The notes: generated by a model not told the origin, from the letters alone. Numbered from the stretch's first letter, positions 9,824 to 19,144 are shown. The stretch is DNA of 34,578 bases from Candidatus Omnitrophota bacterium (GCA_028715425.1 JAQURW010000001.1:1-34578); one strand, 5' to 3'. Made by a program: numbers and translations.

Positions 9824-10561
9824 ATGCTGAAACGTCTTCAAGTCATCCTCGCTCACGCAGGGATCGCGTCCCGGCGGAATGCGGCGGTAATAATCGCCGC
9901 AGGCCGTGTGCGTGTAAACGGTGTCCCGGTCACCGAAAAAGGCATCCAGTGCGATAGGGACAAGGATACGATCGAGGTGGACGGCCGCAGGCTCCGTGAT
10001 GAAATTAAGGTCTACTATGTCATCAATAAACCGCGCGGTTTCGTGACGACAGTGTCCGATGAGCGGGGAAGAAAAACGGTCCTCGACCTTATCCCGCGCA
10101 CCAGATTCCGCATCTATCCGGTCGGCAGACTTGACCGGGACACCGAAGGGGTGCTGATCCTGACGAACGACGGTGAATTGGCGCACAAGCTTTCGCATCC
10201 GCGTTTCGGGGTCGAAAAGATATACGTGGCCGAGGTAAAAGGGATAGCATCGCACGAGGCCATAACGAGGCTTGAGCGCGGCGTCTTTATGGACGGCAGC
10301 CGCACACGGCGGTGCAAGATAACGGTCATGGAACGGCGCAAGGATAAGATGTATGTCAAGGTGATCCTGCGGGAAGGCAAGAAACGGCAGATCAGGCGGA
10401 TGATGGAGATGATCGGGTGCCATGTGATCCGCCTGCGCAGGACCTCGGATGCCGGTATTACCAGCGAAGGCTTGTCTGCCGGAAAGTTCCGTCAGCTTGA
10501 TAAGAACGAGATCAGGCATCTAAGAGAATTATGCCTGGTCGAAGAAGGGGCTCATGTTTGA
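9824..10561 (+). CDS. rluB: Pseudouridine synthase, RsuA/RluB family with N-terminal S4 domain
   Basis: S4 domain LQVILAHAGIASRRNAAVIIAAGRVRVNG and catalytic motif GRLDRDTEGVLILTNDGEL. The specific paralogue assignment is family-level only. Confidence 0.75.
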   Translation: MLKRLQVILAHAGIASRRNAAVIIAAGRVRVNGVPVTEKGIQCDRDKDTIEVDGRRLRDEIKVYYVINKPRGFVTTVSDERGRKTVLDLIPRTRFRIYPVGRLDRDTEGVLILTNDGELAHKLSHPRFGVEKIYVAEVKGIASHEAITRLERGVFMDGSRTRRCKITVMERRKDKMYVKVILREGKKRQIRRMMEMIGCHVIRLRRTSDAGITSEGLSAGKFRQLDKNEIRHLRELCLVEEGAHV

Positions 10562-11396
10562 TAAGGCAAGGGTCATACGCATCATAAAGGCTGCGCTTAA
10601 AGAAGATATCGGCAGCGGCGATATTACGACCATGACCATGGTGCCGAAAACAAAAAGCATTAAAGGGATTATTATCGCCCGCGAAGAGTGTGTGCTTGCC
10701 GGCATCCAGATCGCCGAATGGGTATTCTCATGCCTCGATTATAGCATCAGATTCAAACCCCAGGCCTTTGACGGCGATAAAGTCCATCCGGAGGAAGAGA
10801 TCGCGCTTATCGAAGGGCCGGCCCGGGGTATTTTGACCGGCGAGCGGACAGCCCTTAATTTTATGTCGTTCTTGAGCGGGATAGCGACTGAAGTCCGTAA
10901 ATACGCGGATATTGCCGGTACATATGGGGTAAAGGTCCTTGATACGCGTAAGACACTGCCGCTTTTACGGTACCTGGAGAAATATGCCGTTACCGTCGGC
11001 GGCGGATACAATCACCGTATGGATCTCGGCGGCATGATTATGGTCAAAGACAATCATCTGGCGGTGTGCGGAAAGAAAATTAATGTAAACGCGCTTCGCC
11101 GTAACGTCACCAAAAACGTGACGATCGAAGTAGAGGTCGACAACCTCGCGGATTTCAGGTGTGTCCTTGAAGGAAGACCGGACATTATTATGCTGGACAA
11201 TATGAGTGTCGATGACATCCGGAAGGCTGTCGGGCTGCGAAATGAGAAGAACCGTACGGTGCCTGTATTGGAGGCATCCGGCGGCATAACGCTCGATAAC
11301 ATCGAACAGTACGCGAAGACAGGCGTGGATACCATCTCGATAGGAGCGATTACCGATAGTGTGCGTGGAATCGATTTTTCGCTGGACATCATTTAG
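10554..11396 (+). CDS. nadC: Nicotinate-nucleotide diphosphorylase (quinolinate phosphoribosyltransferase)
   Basis: ALKEDIGSGDITT, ERTALNF, KVLDTRKT.P..R..EKYAV..GGG.NHR, MLDN; 280 aa. Overlaps the rluB stop by 8 nt. Confidence 0.9.
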   Translation: MFDKARVIRIIKAALKEDIGSGDITTMTMVPKTKSIKGIIIAREECVLAGIQIAEWVFSCLDYSIRFKPQAFDGDKVHPEEEIALIEGPARGILTGERTALNFMSFLSGIATEVRKYADIAGTYGVKVLDTRKTLPLLRYLEKYAVTVGGGYNHRMDLGGMIMVKDNHLAVCGKKINVNALRRNVTKNVTIEVEVDNLADFRCVLEGRPDIIMLDNMSVDDIRKAVGLRNEKNRTVPVLEASGGITLDNIEQYAKTGVDTISIGAITDSVRGIDFSLDII

Positions 11397-11485
11397 CGGA
11401 TAGCAGTTAGCGGTTAGTCAATCTCGTCTATAATGGCGATATCCTAACCGCTATCCGCTAACTGCTATCCGCTATCCGTTAATCT
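11394..11485. repeat. Inverted arrays of a tandem heptanucleotide repeat (CGGWTAG x3, then CTAWCCG x5-6) flanking a TATAAT box; potential 24-bp stem with a 7-nt bulge
   Basis: Left array: CGGATAG 11397, CAGTTAG 11404, CGGTTAG 11411. Right array: CTAACCG 11444, CTATCCG 11451, CTAACTG 11458, CTATCCG 11465, CTATCCG 11472, and degenerate TTAATCT 11479. Segment 11394..11417 is complementary to 11444..11474 except for one looped-out heptamer. Confidence 0.85.
11407..11434 (+). promoter_or_regulatory. Candidate uvrB promoter (-10 TATAAT at 11429..11434, weak -35 TTAGCG at 11407..11412)
   Basis: A perfect -10 hexamer lies in the loop between the two repeat arrays, 53 nt upstream of the uvrB ATG. The -35 is poor. 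Confidence 0.35.
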
Positions 11486-11486
11486 T

Positions 11487-13457
11487 ATGCCAATATTTCA
11501 CCTTATTAGCGACTACAAGCCCCAGGGCGATCAGCCGGCCGCGATCGGGAAACTCGTAAACGCTATCAGCGCCGGCAAGCGTTTTCAGACTCTCCTTGGC
11601 GTGACCGGGAGCGGCAAGACCTTTACCATGGCGCATGTCATCGAAAAGATCGCGAAACCGACGCTGGTGATCTCCCATAATAAGACCCTCGCGGCTCAGC
11701 TTTATACCGAGTTCAAGGATTTTTTTCCGGAGAACGCGGTAGAATATTTCGTCAGCTACTATGATTATTACCAGCCCGAGGCGTATATCCCGCAGACTGA
11801 TGTCTATATAGAAAAAGACGCGTCGATCAACGATAATATCGATCGCCTTCGCCTGTCGGCAACGAGCTCGCTTATGTCGCGGCAGGATGTCATCGTTGTT
11901 GCCAGCGTATCGTGTATATACGGATTGGGATCCCCCGAAGAGTACGGGGAGATGCTGTTTACGGCGTCGGCAGGGGAGCGGATGTCCCGCGATGAAGCGC
12001 TTAAAAAACTGATCGATATTTATTATGAGCGCAATGATTACGATTTTAAGCGCGGTAAATTCCGTGTCCGCGGAGATACCGTTGAAATATTCCCGGCATA
12101 CCGACAGACTGCGTTCCGCATGGAATTCGCCTTTGATACGATCGAGCGGATCCGCGAGGTGAATCCGCTGACCGGCGACGTTATAACGGACCATGGGAAG
12201 ATCACCGTGTATCCGGCCAAACATTTTGTTACGACACCCGCGAAGATGGAGGCCGCGATCAAACGGATCGAAGAGGAACTGGAAGGTCAGCTCGCGAAGT
12301 TCAGGGAAGAGGGAAAACTTCTTGAGGCTGAGCGTCTGTCATCCAGGACCAAGTACGATATCGAGATGATGCGTGAGGTCGGATATTGTAACGGCATCGA
12401 GAACTATTCCCGCCCGATAGCGGGGCGGCCGGCCGGCTCCAGGCCCTATTGCCTCCTGGATTATTTTCCCGATGATTTTTTATGCGTTATCGACGAATCG
12501 CACGTGACGCTGCCTCAAGTGCGCGGGATGTATAACGGCGACCGGGCGCGTAAAGAAACGCTGGTGGAGTACGGTTTTCGTCTGCCGTCAGCGCTGGATA
12601 ATAGACCCTTGAAATTCGATGAATTTATGGAATTGGTCAAACAGATCGTGTTCGTTTCTGCTACGCCGACACCGTATGAAGTCGGATTGTCGCAAGGCGT
12701 GGTCGAACAGTTCATAAGACCTACCGGTATCATCGACCCGCCGGTTACCGTAAGGCCGACGCGCGGTCAGATAACAGACCTGATCGAAGAGGTCAAAAAA
12801 CGGGCCGGGCTGAAAGAACGTGTCCTTGTCACAACCCTGACCAAGCGCCTTGCCGAAGACCTTACCCGTTATTTGCAGGACTTGGGCATAAACGTAAAAT
12901 ATATACATTCAGAGATCGGCGCCATCGAACGTGTCGAGATACTGAGAGACTTGAGGCTTAAAAAATTCGACTGCCTGGTCGGGATCAACCTCTTACGTGA
13001 AGGGCTGGACCTGCCTGAGGTTTCTCTTGTTGCGGTCCTGGACGCCGACAAAGAGGGGTTTTTACGGAGTGTCACGTCACTGATACAGGTTGCCGGCCGT
13101 GCCGCCCGTAATGTCAACGGCGTCGTGATCATGTACGCCGATACGATGACCGAGTCTATGAAAAAGGCCATCGACGAAATGAACCGCCGTCGCGCGTTCC
13201 AGTCAGACTATAACGAAAAACACAACATTACCCCTACAACGGTGAAAAAAGCGATACGCGAAGGTATCGAGATGTTTAAAAAAGCGCAGGATGTCGTTGC
13301 CGATGCCGCCGGCGAGACGCATGACGAGTTTGATGCGATGACCGTTCTTTCGGACCTTGAAGAAGAGATGAAAGAAGCCGCGCGGAATCTGGCGTTCGAG
13401 AAGGCGATCGAGCTTAGGGAAAAGATCAGGGTCCTCAAAAAGCAGCTCGGGATATAA
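11487..13457 (+). CDS. uvrB: Excinuclease ABC subunit B
   Basis: [26 protein letters not shown] (Walker A), DESH, C-terminal UVR domain ([17 protein letters not shown]); 656 aa. Confidence 0.95.
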   Translation: MPIFHLISDYKPQGDQPAAIGKLVNAISAGKRFQTLLGVTGSGKTFTMAHVIEKIAKPTLVISHNKTLAAQLYTEFKDFFPENAVEYFVSYYDYYQPEAYIPQTDVYIEKDASINDNIDRLRLSATSSLMSRQDVIVVASVSCIYGLGSPEEYGEMLFTASAGERMSRDEALKKLIDIYYERNDYDFKRGKFRVRGDTVEIFPAYRQTAFRMEFAFDTIERIREVNPLTGDVITDHGKITVYPAKHFVTTPAKMEAAIKRIEEELEGQLAKFREEGKLLEAERLSSRTKYDIEMMREVGYCNGIENYSRPIAGRPAGSRPYCLLDYFPDDFLCVIDESHVTLPQVRGMYNGDRARKETLVEYGFRLPSALDNRPLKFDEFMELVKQIVFVSATPTPYEVGLSQGVVEQFIRPTGIIDPPVTVRPTRGQITDLIEEVKKRAGLKERVLVTTLTKRLAEDLTRYLQDLGINVKYIHSEIGAIERVEILRDLRLKKFDCLVGINLLREGLDLPEVSLVAVLDADKEGFLRSVTSLIQVAGRAARNVNGVVIMYADTMTESMKKAIDEMNRRRAFQSDYNEKHNITPTTVKKAIREGIEMFKKAQDVVADAAGETHDEFDAMTVLSDLEEEMKEAARNLAFEKAIELREKIRVLKKQLGI

Positions 13458-13463
13458 CATATC

Positions 13464-14426
13464 ATGGCAAAGGCCGATATCGATACAAAGATCATAGAGT
13501 TATTTAAAAAAAATACCGGGGTTTTCCTTTCGGGCGAAGATATCAGCGATATCCTTGGATGTACGCGTGCGGCGGTGTGGAAACATTGCGAAAAGCTGCG
13601 CGATATCGGCTATGACATCGAGGCCGTGCCCCATCTGGGGTATCGCCTTAAAGGCATCCCGGACAAGATGCTGCCCGATGAGATATTATACGAGCTCGAC
13701 ACCGTCGTGATCGGACAGACGATTTATACCTATACGAAAACAGGATCGACCAACACGCTTGCGTATACGCTCGCCGAGCAGGGGGCGCCTGAGGGGACGG
13801 TTGTCATTGCCGAACAACAGGAAAACGGCAAGGGGCGGCTTGGGCGACCGTGGGTATCGCCGCCGGGCGGCATCTATCTTTCATGTATCATAAAGCCGAC
13901 GATAGCGCCCAATGAGATACAGGAGTTTACGCTGGTAACGGCCTTGAGTGTGGTCGATGCCGTCAAAGAAGTAACCGGTATCGTCCCCCGGATCAAATGG
14001 CCGAACGATATCGTGATAAACGGGAAAAAAGTGGCCGGGATACTGACCGAGATGAAGGCGGAGACCGACCGGATCGCCTTTGTGGTCGTCGGGATCGGGG
14101 TCAATGTGAATACCGCCGGGCGCAGCCTTCCGTCGAGCGCGACGTCGCTTAAGGAAGAGACCGGCGAGCGTGTCATGCGCCTGGATATCTGCCGCGCGTT
14201 GATACGCAACCTGGACCGCGAATATCGATCGTTCAGAGAAAAGGGGTTCCGTGACGCGCGGGGTCGTGTCATAGCGCTCTCGGCAACGATAGGGAAAAAG
14301 GTGAGGGTAGTCTCGCACATAGCGGTGCATGAGGGGACGGCGGTCGATATCGACGAAGAGGGGGCACTTGTGCTCAAAACAACGGGCGATGGTATCCAGC
14401 GTATCGTAAGCGGAGACGTAAACTGA
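13464..14426 (+). CDS. birA: Bifunctional biotin--[acetyl-CoA-carboxylase] ligase / biotin operon repressor
   Basis: N-terminal winged-HTH (GEDISDILGCTRAAVWKHCEKLRDIGYDIE) and the biotin-binding loop GKGRLGRPWVSPPGG; 320 aa. Confidence 0.88.
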   Translation: MAKADIDTKIIELFKKNTGVFLSGEDISDILGCTRAAVWKHCEKLRDIGYDIEAVPHLGYRLKGIPDKMLPDEILYELDTVVIGQTIYTYTKTGSTNTLAYTLAEQGAPEGTVVIAEQQENGKGRLGRPWVSPPGGIYLSCIIKPTIAPNEIQEFTLVTALSVVDAVKEVTGIVPRIKWPNDIVINGKKVAGILTEMKAETDRIAFVVVGIGVNVNTAGRSLPSSATSLKEETGERVMRLDICRALIRNLDREYRSFREKGFRDARGRVIALSATIGKKVRVVSHIAVHEGTAVDIDEEGALVLKTTGDGIQRIVSGDVN

Positions 14427-15157
14427 TGTCGAGATTTTATGTGCCGAAAGAAAATGTCCGGGGAAAGACCATTACCGTCGGCGGGTCCGAGGCTAAACAC
14501 ATCGTGAAGGTCATGAGGCTCGGCGTTGGGGACGAGGTGGTTATTTTTGACGGTACCGGGAGCGAATACCGGGGACGTATAAAAGGGATCTCTCCTAAGG
14601 CCGTGGCCGTTGACGTAATAGAAACAAGGCATGTCCGGGCCGAGGACCTGCCGCTCGTGACACTGGCGCAGGCTATTCCAAAAAAAGAAAAAATGGATTA
14701 TATCGTGGAAAAGGCGACCGAACTCGGGGTTGCCGGGATCCTGCCGATAGTGACCGACCGGACGATCGTCCGGTTTAACGAGCGAGACCGCCACGTGAAG
14801 GTAGAACGCTGGGCCGCTCTGTCGCGTGAGGCGGCAAAACAATGCGGCAGGACCGGACTGCCGGTGATACAACCGGTCGTTCTTTTCAAGGAGGCCGTAG
14901 CGGCTGCCGAGACGTATGACCATTGTTTCGTGGCATATCTTTCCGACGATACCGTCCCGCTTAAGAAGGCGCTTAAAGAAGCCGGACGCGGACACATAAT
15001 GGTTTTTATCGGCCCTGAAGGGGACTTTTCTCCAGCCGAGATCGCGCTTATGCGCTCCACACTCAAGGCGCAGTATGTTTCCCTCGGGCAGCGTGTTCTT
15101 AAAAGCGATACGGCGGGACTCTATGTCCTTTCGTGTATAAACTATGAATTCACGTAA
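14426..15157 (+). CDS. rsmE: 16S rRNA (uracil1498-N3)-methyltransferase
   Basis: MSRFYV......G..I.V.G.EAKHI.KVMRL..GD (PUA-like N-terminus) and C-terminal SPOUT region IGPEGDFSP.E.......VSLG.RVLKSDTA. The start overlaps the birA stop by 1 nt. Confidence 0.85.
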   Translation: MSRFYVPKENVRGKTITVGGSEAKHIVKVMRLGVGDEVVIFDGTGSEYRGRIKGISPKAVAVDVIETRHVRAEDLPLVTLAQAIPKKEKMDYIVEKATELGVAGILPIVTDRTIVRFNERDRHVKVERWAALSREAAKQCGRTGLPVIQPVVLFKEAVAAAETYDHCFVAYLSDDTVPLKKALKEAGRGHIMVFIGPEGDFSPAEIALMRSTLKAQYVSLGQRVLKSDTAGLYVLSCINYEFT

Positions 15158-16430
15158 GCGGCCGACCTTTTATATAAAGACCGTCGGCTGTAAAGTAAAT
15201 CAGTATGAAGAAGCGCTGATCAAAAGGCAGCTTACCGAAGCGGGATTTTCCGGCGTGCGTGCCGGCGAACGCGCCGATATCTATATCGTCAATTCCTGCA
15301 CCGTAACCCATAAGGCAGACCGTGACGTTCGCAGGATCGTCAGGGGCTTTTACCGGCAAAATCCGCATGGCCGCATCGTTGTTACCGGCTGTTATGCCGA
15401 ATCGGATGAAGACCGGAAAACGCTTGCCGGTATACCCGGCGTCGGTCTTTTAGTGAGGAATGCGGAGAAGATATCGATCGCCGATATATTGTCAGGCGAG
15501 TTTTCGGTGATAAAGGACAACGAGAAGTATTGCCATAGCCTTCATCATGACCGCGATCGGTCCTTTATCAAGATCCAGGACGGGTGCGATAACCGGTGCT
15601 CGTATTGCAAGGTGCCGTTGGTCCGCGGGCTTTCGAGGTCACGGGGATTCGATGAGATCATGGCCGAGATAAGAGAATTCATCGGTGAGGGGTCGAGGGA
15701 GATCGTATTGGCCGGTATATGCCTGGGCGCATGGGGCAGGGATTTGTCGCCCCGGCAGTCTATTGCCGACCTTTTACGTCATCTGGCGGGCATCGAAGGA
15801 GATTTCAGAATACGGTTGAGCTCTATCGAGCCGCACTATGTTACACAATGCCTCATCGACCTTATGGCGTCATCGCCTAAGATATGCCGTCATCTGCATA
15901 TCCCGCTTCAAAGCGGGGATGATAACATCCTGCGGCTCATGAACAGGCCGTATACGACGGATGATTTTAAAAAAATGATCGGCCGGTCCCGGAAGGCGAT
16001 ACCCGGTATTGCGTTTACCACCGATGTGATCGTCGGGTTCCCGGGAGAGGATGCGGCCTCATTCGCAAGGACCTGTGCTTTTGTAAAAGAACTTGCGCCC
16101 TCACGTATTCATGTTTTTTCCTATTCCCGGCGGCAGGGGACAGCTGCCGCCTCTTTCAAAAAAGCAGCCACCGCCGGGGATGTCAAGGAGAGGCAAAAAC
16201 AGCTGACATCGCTTGGCCGCGAACTGGCTTTAAAATTTGCGGAAGGGTTACGGGGAAAAAAAGAGATGGTATTGGTTGAATCAAGGCCTGAAACCGGGAC
16301 AGGCGCTTTGTCCGGCTATACCGACACCTATGTAAAAGTCTTTTTCAAAGCACCGAGATCCGCGATACATCATATCGTCCCCGTTGTTATTACGGAGATT
16401 GACCGGAGCCGGATTGCCGGTGTGTGCTGA
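15144..16430 (+). CDS. mtaB: Radical-SAM methylthiotransferase, MtaB-like (tRNA ms2t6A37)
   Basis: UPF0004 N-terminus (FYIKTVGCKVNQYE), radical-SAM cluster CDNRCSYC, C-terminal TRAM-like region; 428 aa. MtaB versus MiaB/RimO was judged by length and N-terminus only. Confidence 0.7.
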   Translation: MNSRKRPTFYIKTVGCKVNQYEEALIKRQLTEAGFSGVRAGERADIYIVNSCTVTHKADRDVRRIVRGFYRQNPHGRIVVTGCYAESDEDRKTLAGIPGVGLLVRNAEKISIADILSGEFSVIKDNEKYCHSLHHDRDRSFIKIQDGCDNRCSYCKVPLVRGLSRSRGFDEIMAEIREFIGEGSREIVLAGICLGAWGRDLSPRQSIADLLRHLAGIEGDFRIRLSSIEPHYVTQCLIDLMASSPKICRHLHIPLQSGDDNILRLMNRPYTTDDFKKMIGRSRKAIPGIAFTTDVIVGFPGEDAASFARTCAFVKELAPSRIHVFSYSRRQGTAAASFKKAATAGDVKERQKQLTSLGRELALKFAEGLRGKKEMVLVESRPETGTGALSGYTDTYVKVFFKAPRSAIHHIVPVVITEIDRSRIAGVC

Positions 16431-16464
16431 CTTTTTTTCTTTTTCCTGATATAATAAAGCCGAC

Positions 16465-18042
16465 GTGAAAAATAAAACAGCCGTTTTCGTATGTCTCTTC
16501 GTCCTGATCGCCGCCGTTATCGCGGTCTATGCTTCATCCCTTAAAGGCGTTTTCCTTTATGACGATGAAACGCAGATCGTCTCAAATCCCTATATCAAAA
16601 GTTTTAAAAATATCCCCGTGATATTTGCCACGGGTTTCAACCGGCTCGATAAGACGGGCGGAAATTATTACCGCCCGCTACTCGAGGTTTCGTATGTGCC
16701 CGATCATTTTCTCTGGGGCAAGGACCCGCGGGGGTACCATATAACCAATATCCTTTTCCACCTGGGGAGTGTTATTGCCTTGTTCCTTCTCGTGCGACGT
16801 TTTTTCGGCGATACGGCGCTAGCGTTTTTTACTGCCCTTTTCTTGGGTGTGCATCCGCTGTATACCTCGGCAGTAACGTATATTGCGGGACGGGCTGATA
16901 CGATGGTGATCTGTTTTGCCCTTTTGTCGTTGTATTTTATCGAGCGGTATATGGAAGTATCTCCGCGGCCGCGCTATTATTTTCTGGGATTATCGGCGGG
17001 TTTTTATTTTTTGGCGTTACTCACAAAGGAATTTGCGCTTTTGTTGACGATCGTTGTTTTCGGGTGTACCGCTTATGCCTTTTTCGTGCGGGCGACGCCT
17101 GATAACAGGCATCGCTGGATTTCCTTAAGCTTATGCCTTGGAATGTGCGCGTTTGTTTACGTGGTTATGCGCGCGTATGCATTACAGGGCATTATGACAA
17201 CACAATATAATATCGCCGCGCAGGCCGGATACGGGGTCTGTGTACTTACGGCGCTAAAGTCGCTTTTGGTATATCTCAGGATACTTGCTATGCCCTATGA
17301 CCTTCATTTTGAGCGGACCATACCTTTGGCAACATCGTTCAGCCTTCCGATCGCGGCATCGCTTGTGATAATGGTACTGGGCGCGGTCTATGTGTGGAAA
17401 AAACGCCGTTTAAAAGACCCTGTCTCCTTCGGGTTGGCATGGTTTATGATAACGTTTTTCCCGGTATCCAATATTATAATACCCTTGAATGCCTTTATCG
17501 CCGAAAACTGGATACAGATCCCGGCCTTAGGCATTTTCCTCGCCGCGTCAGCGATGCTGCTTAAAGTCGGGCGCCGGTCCCTTTCGGCGCTCTTGATCAT
17601 CCTTATTGTTTATTACGGCTGGGGCACGATCCAGCGGAACAGGGAATATTACGATGCGGTCACTTTTTACACCAGCGCGATCCGTTATGAGCCGAGGGGG
17701 GTGAAACTCTTTAACAACCTCGGCGTTGTGTATGAGGGCCGGAACGATATGGCAAGGGCGCAGGAGATGTATGATAAGGCATACGCGATCGATCCGAATC
17801 ATGTGCAGACCATAAACAATCTGGCAAACGTATATTCTTCACGGGGGGATTATGCCAGGGCTATAACGCTTTATGAAAAAGCCCTCGCAATCAACCCCGA
17901 TGATATCGTTTTTCTCAATAACCTTGGTGTTGCCTATATTCGCCAGGGGGACAGGCAAAATGCCCTCAAATGCTGGGAAAAATCGCTTGCCCTGCGGCAG
18001 GACCAGCCTGCGATCAGGCAATATGTTAATTGGAACCAGTGA
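16465..18042 (+). CDS. Multi-pass membrane protein with C-terminal TPR repeats (TMTC/PMT-like putative glycosyltransferase architecture)
   Basis: GTG start. About 10 hydrophobic segments are followed by roughly four TPR units (NNLGVVYEGRNDMARAQEMYDKAYAIDPN..., NNLANVYSSRGDYARAITLYEKALAINPD..., NNLGVAYIRQGDRQNALKCWEKSLAL). Confidence 0.65.
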   Translation: MKNKTAVFVCLFVLIAAVIAVYASSLKGVFLYDDETQIVSNPYIKSFKNIPVIFATGFNRLDKTGGNYYRPLLEVSYVPDHFLWGKDPRGYHITNILFHLGSVIALFLLVRRFFGDTALAFFTALFLGVHPLYTSAVTYIAGRADTMVICFALLSLYFIERYMEVSPRPRYYFLGLSAGFYFLALLTKEFALLLTIVVFGCTAYAFFVRATPDNRHRWISLSLCLGMCAFVYVVMRAYALQGIMTTQYNIAAQAGYGVCVLTALKSLLVYLRILAMPYDLHFERTIPLATSFSLPIAASLVIMVLGAVYVWKKRRLKDPVSFGLAWFMITFFPVSNIIIPLNAFIAENWIQIPALGIFLAASAMLLKVGRRSLSALLIILIVYYGWGTIQRNREYYDAVTFYTSAIRYEPRGVKLFNNLGVVYEGRNDMARAQEMYDKAYAIDPNHVQTINNLANVYSSRGDYARAITLYEKALAINPDDIVFLNNLGVAYIRQGDRQNALKCWEKSLALRQDQPAIRQYVNWNQ

Positions 18043-18053
18043 GTTCCTTCGCC

Positions 18054-18082
18054 TTGACAAAACATCCTTCCCGTGCTATACT
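18054..18082 (+). promoter_or_regulatory. Sigma-70-type promoter (TTGACA, 17-nt spacer, TGcTATACT) for the NIF3-dnaG-rpoD string
   Basis: TTGACA at 18054..18059; extended -10 TGC+TATACT at 18074..18082. A second weaker pair, TTGACC 18105..18110 / TATTAT 18128..18133, follows. Confidence 0.55.
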
Positions 18083-18187
18083 TTGCTTTCTTAGATAGTA
18101 AGCCTTGACCCCATATATTATTAAAATTATTATTAGCATATATGCGGGGAGGGGGCATTTTCTCTTGTTTCAGGGGGGGGATGGGTT

Positions 18188-19144
18188 ATGAAATTACGTG
18201 ATTTTTATAAGGAAGCGATACGGCAGGGCTTGGCGAACGATCCGCGCTCAAGGAAAGAAATTGACGATGACATGAAACGCAGCCGCAAGGCCTATCGAAA
18301 CCTTGGGTCCGCTGAGCGGAGATGTTTCGATACGGAGCGTTTACGGCATCCCTATGCAGATACCAGGATACTGCACGGTGATCCCGGCCATAATGTTAAA
18401 ACCGTACTCGTCGGTATCGATATTGAGACGCCCGAGCTGCTTCTGGCAGACCGTATGAGAGAACGCGGCCTTACGGTCGATCTTGCGCTGGCTCATCATC
18501 CCGAAGGGCATGCCCTGTCGAGCCTGAGCGAAGTCATGTATTTGCAGAAGGACCTTTTGGTTAACCTGGGAATAAAACGCGTCGTTGTGGATGCAATGCT
18601 CGATGAAAGGATCCAGGAAGTCGAGCGCAGCCTGTCCGCAGTTAACCATACCCGGAGCGTCGACGCTGCGCGCCTTTTGGATATCCCGTATATGTGCGTT
18701 CATACGCCGGCGGATAACCATGTCGTGACGTATCTGACAACGCTCCTTGATAAGCGGCGCCCCAAGAAAATAAAAGACGTTCTTCGTATATTGAGAGACA
18801 TACCGGAGTATACGATGGGGATGCGGCGGTCCACAGGGCCTGTCCTTATCGCGGGGAAAGAGTCCAATGACGCAGAAAAGATCTTTGTCGACATGACCGG
18901 GGGTACCGAGGGGGCCAAGGCTGTCTTTGCCCGGTTGTCACAGGCCGGGGTGGGGACTATAATCGGCATGCATTTGAGCGAGGCACATTACAAGAATGCC
19001 AAGGCAGAGCATATTAATGTCATTATTGCGGGGCATATAGCAAGCGATACGCTGGGGATCAATCTCCTTCTGGATTCTATTGAAAAAAAAGAGCGCCTGA
19101 ACATAGTCGGTTGTTCGGGATTCGAACGGGTACGGAGGATATGA
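18188..19144 (+). CDS. NIF3-like (YbgI/YqfO family) dinuclear-metal-centre protein
   Basis: VLVGIDI....LLLA.....VDLALAHHPEG, CVHTPAD, and a GHIASD block resemble NIF3 metal-ligand motifs. Position next to dnaG-rpoD echoes the Bacillus yqfO context. Assignment by eye only. Confidence 0.55.
   Translation: MKLRDFYKEAIRQGLANDPRSRKEIDDDMKRSRKAYRNLGSAERRCFDTERLRHPYADTRILHGDPGHNVKTVLVGIDIETPELLLADRMRERGLTVDLALAHHPEGHALSSLSEVMYLQKDLLVNLGIKRVVVDAMLDERIQEVERSLSAVNHTRSVDAARLLDIPYMCVHTPADNHVVTYLTTLLDKRRPKKIKDVLRILRDIPEYTMGMRRSTGPVLIAGKESNDAEKIFVDMTGGTEGAKAVFARLSQAGVGTIIGMHLSEAHYKNAKAEHINVIIAGHIASDTLGINLLLDSIEKKERLNIVGCSGFERVRRI

Noticed and set aside
13874-14995. A 373-aa minus-strand ORF. Similar antisense ORFs occur at 9668..10519, 11472..12224, 4320..4859 and 19531..20124.
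   Set aside because: All lie antisense to strongly supported genes (birA/rsmE, rluB, uvrB, lysC, dnaG). None has an SD or a promoter context, and the compositions are biased. I treat them as shadow ORFs.
16431-16464. A T-rich stretch after mtaB that could be a terminator.
   Set aside because: The preceding CCGG-ATTG-CCGG stem has only 4 bp and lies 12 nt from the T-run, so it is not a credible intrinsic terminator.
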